Origin: Lama guanicoe
Lineage: Eukaryota
Assembly: GCA_013239625.1 (NCBI GenBank)
Contig: MU053881.1
Location: 13,468,879 to 13,532,878 of the forward strand
DNA length: 64,000 nt
Direction: 5' to 3'
Shown here piece by piece: positions 54,470-64,000 of this stretch (positions are counted from its first letter, which is position 1; each line of letters starts with the position of its first letter). The notes beneath the pieces are model-generated. The model was not told where the DNA came from. It made no database searches and saw nothing but the letters and a program-made list of their open reading frames with translations. A program made the position numbers and the translations under genes.

Positions 54470-54624
54470 ATTTTATTTTATTTTATTTTATTTTATTTTT
54501 ATTGAGTTATAGTCAGTTTACAGTGTCAATTTCTGGTGTACGGCACAATTTTTCAATCATACATGAATATACATACATTCATTTTCATATTCTTTTTCAC
54601 CGTGAGCTACTACAAGCTCTTGTA
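54470..54624 (-). mobile_element. 5'-truncated young L1 3' end with a (TTTTA)n tail and TSD
   Basis: TSD TGCTGGTTTATT (54458-54469) / TGCTGGTTCATT (54625-54636). Confidence 0.8.
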
Positions 54625-56574
54625 TGCTGGTTCATTGTATGGCATTCCTTTCTATAATGCCCTACTGGTTTACACTCTACTTCTATTCTTCTGCGTACCT
54701 CGAGGAATCAGAATTTTCCTAGTACCTACCCGATGGCAGTCTCCACAGTTCTTCACCAAATACAGCAGAAACAGTACCAACTGCCTTGCGGCACAGTAGA
54801 CAGCTCTTCCAGAGATTAAGCTTGTGCATTCTTCCCTTTAAAATATACCAAGTTTTAGATAATCTTCTAGGAAAACAGGTTTTTCTTATGTTTGGTTTTT
54901 TTTGGGGGGGGGTTGGTTTTATTGTGTTTATTTTTTTTTATCATAGTGTACATTAGAGGTGTCCAATCCTTTTGCCCACCGTGCATAACAGATATTTATC
55001 AGCATCCAAACCAAATAAACACACCTGCCAGGCTAGTAGAGTCGTTGCTTCAGTTGGAGCACAGAGAAGGCCACTGAGGATTAAAACTGCCCTCAGACAC
55101 AAGGAGTTTAAGCGAGAAGACCTTTCTGAATCCACAGCTCTTTATTCTGTTTTCTGTGCTTGGCTCTTCTTTTCCGGAGACTATCAAAAGCACGTGGATT
55201 GATCTTGTGTTAGAGGAAGCACATCCCTTTCAGCTTCGGTAATGCTGTCAGAATCATACCTGGAAATGGACCTCACTTTGAGTCAAGAAACCTGAAAGGA
55301 CAGCTACTCTGACCTTGACCCACTGCATCCTCAGGAGCCTACGGTCCACTAAGACGCATTTCAAAGTTTTAAGATGCATTTCAAAGTTTTTAGTTGAGGC
55401 CAGCATTTCTTTGGTAGGCTCACGGCGCTTGACAATGAAATCTTTTAGAGCCAGGCTTAGAAAATAAATATTTAAACATATTTTGCTCTCTTTGGACACC
55501 CACGGGCTTATTTATAGGATTATAAAAGTCACGTATATGTATATTTACACCTAAATGGGCACGTTCACGCTACAGTTGATGTTTAATGCACATACCCCCG
55601 TAAAACACATCACCATAAAATGGAACTATAACACGTTTGCTGAATCAACGTTTTCATATTCTGATTTAATGCCTGAATATACCATTTCTAACAATACATT
55701 TTTCTGATGTAAGTCTAGGTGCCTGAGCAAGATAGGTTTTTGCAGAGAGCTCCAAATGTTATCCAAATTATAGAATTTTTTTAAAAATTGGAAGCCAATA
55801 GACATCACTAGTGTCATTTTACAGATGAGGAAACTGAAGTCTTAAGGGTAAGCGTGGGGGTTCCTGCCCAACCCCAGGCTAACTGTGGCAGAACCGAGAC
55901 TGGGAACCTGTTTCGTCTAATCCTGAGACCAACCAACAGTCTATCAGTAAAAGCTGGTTTTAAGCAATGGGGTCATGTGATTAAACCAACTTTAAATCAG
56001 ATACTGGAGGTCGTTTTCTGGACAAAATGGGTCTATGCTAATCCTTCTCATAAGGAATTTGGTTATTAAAACATCAGATTGCTTTCAGTTACATTTATTG
56101 AACATTTATGTTATGCCAAAGCTTCTACTAAGCACTATGCATAGATCGTCCCCTTTAATCATCATGAAAATCCTAAGGGGTTATCCTGCTAGTGACAATT
56201 ATATATCAAACAGAGGCTTAGAGAATTCAATTTCCCAGGATCACAACAGGTGATCAACAGCTGGTATTGGGGATCCAGGACTGAAACAGAAGGTCATCTG
56301 TTTTAAAGGAACTCCCCTTAAATACTAAATTATAAAAACACTAACAGGCATGTACATTGAAAATGTCAAGTTTCCAGTGAATCTGAGTATTTACAAAGAG
56401 ATGTTCCCGTAGAAAAGATTCAGAAATAATACGGAACCACAAAATAGTGTTGGGGTAAAATTAGATAGTATTTCTATGTTCGTGAGATAGCTTTGCTGTA
56501 AGAATTGAAGAATTTCCTACTATTTAAACACATTAAGTCTGCTAGACTCCACACTTAACTAGTCACCCAAAACT

Positions 56575-56613
56575 GGAAGGAAGGAAGGAAGGAAGGAAGG
56601 AAGGAAGGAAGGA
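56575..56613. repeat. (GGAA)9 microsatellite
   Basis: Read directly. Confidence 0.95.
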
Positions 56614-58130
56614 TCATAAAGCTAAGGATTGGACAGGCACATAAACAGCCAAAGAATAAGGTCTAACGTCTGATCCTTTTGTAGTTCAGTGGATGGCATG
56701 CTTGCCTCACAAAAGCTGTATCTTCTGAGTATAACTGGTAGAAAATATCTTGTTCCTCTGCCTAAATGTCTTTCATTCACTTTTATTTATCTTTCAAGGC
56801 ATGTTCAAAGAGCTTCTGTGGAGCCTTTCTGAACATCTCCATCTTCCCCTAGACCTGCCATGTTCCAGACAGAAAAAATAATAATTTATAGCACCTCTCT
56901 TTTCGTATAGCATGCAGTTTGTGCTTCTATTACACAACACATAACACACTAATTTTTTCATTGGCTTATGTATTTGTCTGCCCAGTAGATGATAAACCCT
57001 TCAAAAGTAGGAACATGTCTTATTCGACTCTTATTCTCAGTCCCTAGTCTGGCACTTCTCACAGAGTGGTTGTTCACATTAAATGTTTTTGGATGAGTTA
57101 ATTAAGTAGAATTATTTTGTATTTACTAGAACAGAATCATTTCCCCCATTACTTCAGTTACAGCCTCTTAATTTCTTTGGTACAACATCTGACCTTGACT
57201 TTAATCCATGCTCCATCAGAACTCCAGACTGAAGAATCTGCAAAGTGATTGACTCGTAAGTGGGCACGTGACCCAGGCTGGTCCAATCAGAGGGAATGTC
57301 AGGACTTTATAGGGAACTTTCATGAGGAGGGGTTTTCCAACACTCCAAGGCTCTCTATAGCTTTACATGTCCCACCCGAGAGAGAAGAAAACAGAGCTGA
57401 GAAATAGAAAGAAACAGTTCTCTATCAAGGTCACCTAAATTCCCAGACACAGGCATTTCTGAATCCATCGTGACAATCCTGGACTTTCTCAATTTTAAAA
57501 TAAAAGTTCATTTTCCTTTACATTCTTTACCATTTTTAAAAGCACACAAAAAAATTCAAAATTCCAAATAACACAATTAACTTATTCAGAATATCTCAGT
57601 GCCGTGCAGGTCAGAGAAAAGGGCAAGAGAAACTGAAGACATAAAGTCCTAAATAGTTCTTACATCAATAGCTAATTTTGTTTCCAAGCCAAAAAAAAAA
57701 AAAAGTTCAATGCTAAAAAAGGAGTAAGAGAAAAAGAGGAGTAAAACAGAACAGCTTGCATCTCATGGAAAAAGCTCCAGATTTCTTACTCCAGGGTCTT
57801 CAGTCACTTAACAACTGTAATCCAGCATTACTCAGGGTTCAGTTGCTCTCCAGTGCCTTCATAGACTTGGGATCCCCCCATGGCCATCATTTTTAATGTC
57901 TAACTACTGAGTTTGGTGGTGACATGTAGAATAACCAGCTGACAGAGAGACCCAGGAATCTCAAAAGTGGAGGCCACCCACACAGCCATGTCTCCATGGC
58001 ATTTCTCATTAGTGAAATGGCTTGTTAGCGAGGTTCACAGCAGATTCAGCAAAATAACTTACTTTTTAATCGGCTAAAACTTCCCTACTCCCACTTTCTG
58101 TTCACACTGAATGTGGACCTGTTACTGCTC

Positions 58131-58590
58131 TGTGTATCCGTTTCCTGGGGTTGAGATAGCAAAAGTACCACAGACTGGATGGCTTAAAACAATTAGCAAT
58201 TTATGGTCTCACAGTTATGAAGGCTAGAAGTCCAAAACCGAGGTGCTGGCGGGACTGGGCTCGTCTGAGGGCTGGGAGGGGAAGTCTGCCCCATACCTCT
58301 CTCCGAGTCTGTGCTGCTTTGCTGGCAATATTGAGCCTTCCTGCCTGATCTCTGCCTTCATGTTCACATGGTTTTCTTCTGTGTATGTGTCTGTGTTGAA
58401 ATTGCCCCCTTTTATAAAGATATCATTTGTATTAGATTAGGCGCCCACCCTACTTCCAGAATGACCTCATCCTAACTAATTATATTTGCAACAACCCTAT
58501 TTCCAAATAAGGTCTTGCTCTGAGGTACTGGGGGTTAGAGCTTTACCATATCAATTTGGAAGGAGTAAAAAACAGTTCAACCTGTAACCT
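58131..58590. mobile_element. MLT1 (MaLR) solo LTR
   Basis: AAAGTACCACAGACTGGATGGCTTAAAACA...TCTCACAGTT...GGCTAGAAGTCCAAA...ATGACCTCATCCTAACT...ACCCTATTTCCAAATAAGGTC...GAGGTACTGGGGGTTAG is classic MLT1. Confidence 0.85.
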
Positions 58591-59093
58591 TCTGGCATTA
58601 GCAATGTCCTCATTTTCAAGTCAGAAACGTATGGACCATTATATTTAATACAATAATGCTAAAGAATAAGAATTTATTAAAACCAGCCTAGGAATCTAGG
58701 TCTGTTAACATAATCCTCCAAGATTTTTAAAAAGAAGAAAAAAGTTAAGTAAATCCAATGACAAGTGAGGTGTTATGAAGGTTACAGCTGAGTCATCCTG
58801 ATTACAACAAAACACACACACATACACACTCACACGGTTTCAGAAACCTTAAAATTAGAACTTACTGGCTCAGCTAACACTGCCTGAATTGGTTTCACCT
58901 GTGGAAATTTTCTAGCCCTGATTTGATTTCAATTTGCAATTTGAAAGTGCTAAGTCTGAGGTATGAAGAATGCCTTATTTTCCTATTTCTAAGTTTAACT
59001 GAGACTTGAATGACTCTTAGAAATTATTTCTGAAAACAAGAGTAGAAACAAAGTACATGCATAAAATGTAGATGTCATAGCCAGAAAGGTCGT

Positions 59094-59164
59094 ACACAGA
59101 CACACACACACAGACACAGATACACACACACACAGATACACACACACAGATACAAACACACACA
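59094..59164. repeat. Compound (CA)n microsatellite with CAGA/GATA interruptions
   Basis: Read directly. Confidence 0.9.
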
Positions 59165-60149
59165 TTTTATACTTAATAGATGAAGAACATGGGAGCAAGA
59201 TTTGTCAGAGTATGATGACAAATTAGATTCTGCACTTGGAGTTACTGTGTTTCGAATGAAATTAAAAAACTAACATTCGGAGTGAAGGTCCATAGCTTCT
59301 TATTTTTCGTACATCTTTGCTTCATTTTTTTAGATGGGAGTTTGATTAAAGCAAGGAAAATTGTGATCCAATGCAAAGAGACCTTTCTTGATGAGGACCT
59401 AGAATGACTTTTTATCTTTCTTGGATAATTTCCCAAGGAAGAAAACGTCAGTCAGGGGAATTTAATGTAAGGAGCTGGGTCAGCTGGTTTTTTCTTCCTT
59501 CTGTAAGCCTCTGTTAAAATGATTAGGATTTCTAGGAGATTTTTCTACCTCCAATTCACTGACTTTATGAAAATTGCTTTAAGAAATAAAGCAGATTCAA
59601 ATTCCTTCACAAAACTACTTAGTTTTATATCCACTAAACATGGTGATTTGCAGAACGCCAGACTGAAATGGTTTTCATTAACAGGTAGTAATCCCATCAG
59701 CGAAACTCTCAAACACTTACTCAGACCATACTTTGGCACAACGGTTTTTAATGTGAGCAGGTGGAGAGAGTCAGAAATTGACGCCACCTACTTTATGCTA
59801 TGCATTGTGACTCTGTGCCGTGGGAACCACATAAATATCATGAGAATCAAAACTAACACGTACCTAATAAAATTCTTGACAATGGTGTCATGAACAATTG
59901 TTACTATAAAACAATTGTTTACTATAGTCTATAAAAATGTTTAACAGAGAACAAAGCAGGAAGAGAAGATCACAGAAACATATTAATGTAACTAATAATT
60001 TCTGAGCAGAATGTATCTGAAAGCACTCTGCTGGCAATGATGAAGAATTCAAAATGAATGAAACCTAATTCCTGAACATTACAGCTCAAAAGGGGAAGAG
60101 CCTGATTCCCTCCTTCCCTTCTGTTACGACTGAGAGGGAACCTTCCTGA

Positions 60150-60536
60150 AATACACTAATTTCAAGTGAATCACACGGTAGGTTGTAGTAAATGAATACA
60201 ACCATGAAATCTAAATCCCAACAAAGTACATAGCATTTCCATCGTCTCAGAAAAGTTCCTCATGCTCTTTACTAGTCCTTTCCATCCCTGCCACTCTCAG
60301 CGGCAACCCCTGTTCTAATGATTCTTCACCATGATTAATTTTGCCTGCGCTCGGAGTTCAGATAGATGAAAATCATATAGCATGTACTCTTTTGGGTAAA
60401 TCATCTTCTACTCACCATATTGCCTTTGAGATTCATGCATGTGTCTGCATGTGTCCATCCCTTTCTTTTTAATGCTGAATAGTGTACCATTACATACAAA
60501 TTGAATATAAATATAATGGAGTTTTGCTTAAGCACA

Positions 60537-60572
<36 letters not shown>

Positions 60573-62930
60573 GATGGATATGCCCAGGTTGTTTTCAGTT
60601 TTTGGCCATTGTGAATAAAGATGCTATGAAAATTCCTGTGCAAGTCTTTTTGGGGAATATATTATCATTTCTCTTGGGTAAATTGATGGATATAGTAGAT
60701 GTTTGTTCAGTCTTACACGAAACTCAGCTTTTTTTTCTGAAGTGGTGGTAATATTTCACTCTCACACTGATACTGTATGAGACTGCTAGCTACTCCAAAT
60801 TCTCATCAGTATTTGGAACTGTCTGTCTTTTAAAACTTTGGCCATTCTGGTGGGTGTGGAGTAGTATCTCCATGGTTTAATTTACATTTCCTTGATAACT
60901 AATACTGTTGAGCACATCTTTGCGTACCTAATGACAATTCATATGTTCATATTCTTTGCCTACTTTTAATTCCAGTTATCTATTTATTACTGAGTTTTAG
61001 GAGTTCTTTCTGTATTCTGGATATAAGTGTTTTTTCAGGGATATATTTTGTCAGTTTTTTTTTTCCCCGTCTGTGGTTTGCTTTTTTCTTTTCTTACCAA
61101 TGCTGATGTATTTTCAAATATTTGGAGTTTTCCTAGATAGCTCATTGTCACTGGTGTCTAATTTAATTCCATGGCGTTTCGATAACACAGTCTGGGGTTT
61201 CAGTGAATGTGCCATGTGCACTTGGAAAGAATGAACATCCTGAAGGTCTTGAGTGCAATGTTCTAAATATGTTAATTAAATCAGAGTGTTTCATGGTGTT
61301 ATTCAGACCTTCTTGCCTTTACTGATTCTTTCGGCTGTTTTTTTTTCAATTACTGATAGGAAATGTTAAATCTCCAGAAGTATTTGTATGTTTCTCTCTT
61401 AAATTCTGTCAAATTTTGTTTCACATATTTTGATGCTCTGCATGCAAATTAGGATTGTTATGTCTTGCCAATTGAACTGACCCTTTTTTATCATTTAAAA
61501 ATGTCTTGCTTCATGAGTGGTGAGGCACTATGTAAGGACGTTTACTTTATCTGACATTAGTATACCTAGACTAGCCTTCTTATGATTAGTGTTTGCAAGG
61601 TGTGTTTTTTTCCATTCTTTTATTTTCCACTGGCCTGTGTCTTCATATTTAATACGCAATTCTTACAGAAAACACAATGTCCCGTCTTGCTTTTGTATTC
61701 AGCCTGATAATCTGTGTCTTTAATGGGCATGTTCAGTCCATCAATATTTAATATAATTATTGATATGGTTGGATTTAGACCAACTATTTTGCTATTTGTT
61801 TTCTGCTTGTCCCATCCAAGGTTCATCTAAGCTTATTTCTCTTCAGCCAGAACTTCCTTCAGCATTTCTTCTTATGCGGGTCTGCAGCTAACAAATATAT
61901 ATATTTTTTACTTTTCACAAAATGCTGTTACTTCTCCTTCATTCTGGAGTTCTACTTTTCTTGGATATAAATTTCTGAGTGACAGGTTTTTCCTTCTCTT
62001 AGCACTTTAAATACATTGTTCTTCTGTCTTTTTAAAGCCATTGTTTCTGGTGAGACTTTGGCAATAATTTGTATTATTGTTCTCTTGTATATAATGAGTC
62101 ATTTTTCTCTGTACTGATGATGATTTTTTCTTCATCTTTGTTTTTCAGTAATTTGACAGTGATGTATCAGTGAGGTTTGCTTTGTATTTGTCATTCTTAA
62201 GATTTGCTAATGAGCTTTTTGAAGCATTTAATTTCTGCCTTTAATCACATTTTGAAAACATTTTTTCTGCCCCATTCTCTCTCTTTGGTAACCTCAAGGT
62301 TCCAATTTACACATATGTTAGACCTTTCCATATTACTCCACAGATCTCTGGGTCCTTGCACATCGTTCTTCAATTTTTTTCCCCTGTTTTTCAGCTTGGA
62401 AAATGTCTATTGATTTATTTTCACCAGCTCTTTCTTCTGTCATCTTAAATATGCTATTAAATGTATCCAATAAATTTTTTGCTTTAGACATTGTAATTTT
62501 TAGACCTCGAATTTCTATTTGATTCTTTTTATAGTTTATAGTTTTCTGCTGATATTTGCTATCTTTTCATTCTTTATGACCTTACATTTCCTTACATCTA
62601 TAGTTGTAATAGCTACTTTAAAATGTTTGCTAATTCCAAATTCTGGGTCATCTTGGGTCGAGCTCCATTGATTGTATTTTCTCTTGAATATGAGCCATGT
62701 TTCCCAGTTTCTTTATATATTGTACTTTGGATTATATCCCAAATATTGTCAATAATTTATTGTAGAGACTCTGGATTGTACTATGTTCTTATCAACAGTG
62801 ATTACTTTGTTTTGTTTTATCTGGTTGCTAATTTGCTGGATTCAGACTCCACACACTGTCCCCAGTCTCTGAAGTCTCTATTCAATTATTTTAGCCTAGC
62901 TAGTAAGCTTGGAGTTCCTCCCATCTAAGT
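60150..62930 (-). mobile_element. Old L1M fragments (3' end, ORF2 endonuclease N-terminus and upstream parts)
   Basis: Minus-strand ORF 61620..61826 contains ISIIILNIDGLNMPIK, matching the L1 endonuclease start (ISIxTLNVNGLN.PIK). L1 3'-end motifs lie at 60200-61080. Confidence 0.8.
60541..60570. repeat. (TG)15 microsatellite inside L1
   Basis: Read directly. Confidence 0.95.
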
Positions 62931-63427
62931 ATAGTTCATGGTTAGCTAGATGGTTGGAGTTTATATGGCATATAGCACATAGTAAGGCTCAACAGATGTT
63001 TTGAAATTAATAAATTAATGAGACTAAACCACACATGAGGCAGTGGAGTCAGGCAGACCTTAGTTCAAACTCTTTTTCTGTATTTTTGTTGTTGTTACTT
63101 GATATGTCTATCTTGGGTTCTCCACCTACAAAGGAAGAGAATAAAAGCTGCTTCTCAAGCTTGAGTTAGAAATTGAGTTAACTAGATAGTGTTTGGCACA
63201 TCAGCGTGTGAGGACATTATTATTCCTACGTTGATCAAGAAACGTTTCATGAGAAGAGTGTACTGTGGAGGGGTTCAGAGGAGGCAGCAGCAATTTTCAT
63301 TTGGAGGGGAGACTTTTTGGAGTTATTTGGTATTTGAGGTAGGCCTTGAGGGATGGAAATTATTTAATTCAAAATATCTACTTCTAGTTTTTCAAATTTC
63401 TGTATTGTGTACTTGTTCATCTCTGTA

Positions 63428-63640
63428 GGTATATATGTATGCATATGTATGTATTTATATCTATATTTCCTATAGATGTACCTATAGGTATGAATATCTA
63501 GGTATCTCTATATCTTGCTATATATACATATAGTTCTATAGGTATAAAGACAGGATACACATAGATATATGTACATATGCAAGTATGTATATATAGAGCT
63601 GTAGATATACATGCAGTCATGGATATAGATTAGATGTGTC
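63428..63640. repeat. Degenerate TA/TG/TAGA low-complexity tract
   Basis: Alternating purine-pyrimidine, AT-rich sequence. Confidence 0.7.
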
Positions 63641-64000
63641 TATGAAAATACAGAATCAGACACACATAGGCGTTTAAGAATAAACAAAGTATCAAAATGT
63701 CATTTAAAAAATAAGTCAAGGACAAAGTCAAAAGTCCTGAATACTAAGACATTTGCAAAGCTAAAGATGATGAGGAAAGTCACGAAATGTTTGGGTTCAA
63801 AGCATTTTCCAGAATTATTACACTCCCTCCGTCAGAGATGAGCTAAAATCAGAATTAGCATTGTGTCTGACACTTGAAATCTGGATACAAACTTCCTTGT
63901 TCAAAAGAATGACAAAATGTGTGCTGCAGAGCTGAGCTTTTGCTATGTCTGGAGCTAATCTGATTGTGGCTTCAGATGATGTTCGAAATCCCACTGGTGT

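Overview
This is mammalian genomic DNA, most likely a camelid, judging by its tRNA-Ala-derived SINEs. It holds one protein-coding gene, GABRA6 (GABA-A receptor alpha-6 subunit), on the minus strand. All 9 coding exons could be read with GT-AG junctions (38+119+68+221+83+144+153+260+276 = 1362 nt, 453 aa; ATG at 28318, TAG at 13673-13675). A cluster of three AATAAA signals at about 12863-12883 ends the ~0.8 kb 3'UTR. The rest is intron and intergenic DNA filled with transposable-element fossils (L1, L2, MIR, MLT/MaLR LTRs, MER20, SINEs) and microsatellites. A 3'-truncated ERV1-class provirus lies about 4 kb beyond the GABRA6 3' end and points back at the gene; it has a 5' LTR, a tRNA-Arg primer-binding site and decayed internal sequence. 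I see no convincing new multi-gene system. The best leads are regulatory: three RBFOX motifs behind a weak, frame-symmetric exon 6; the internal exon-4 acceptor for the short alpha-6 isoform; the convergent ERV with intact splice donors; an Ile-to-Thr change in the normally conserved RILD motif; overlapping uORFs; and a perfect tandem duplication with a microhomology-bounded indel. Repeat family names come from recalled consensus sequences, not a database search, and their boundaries are approximate.
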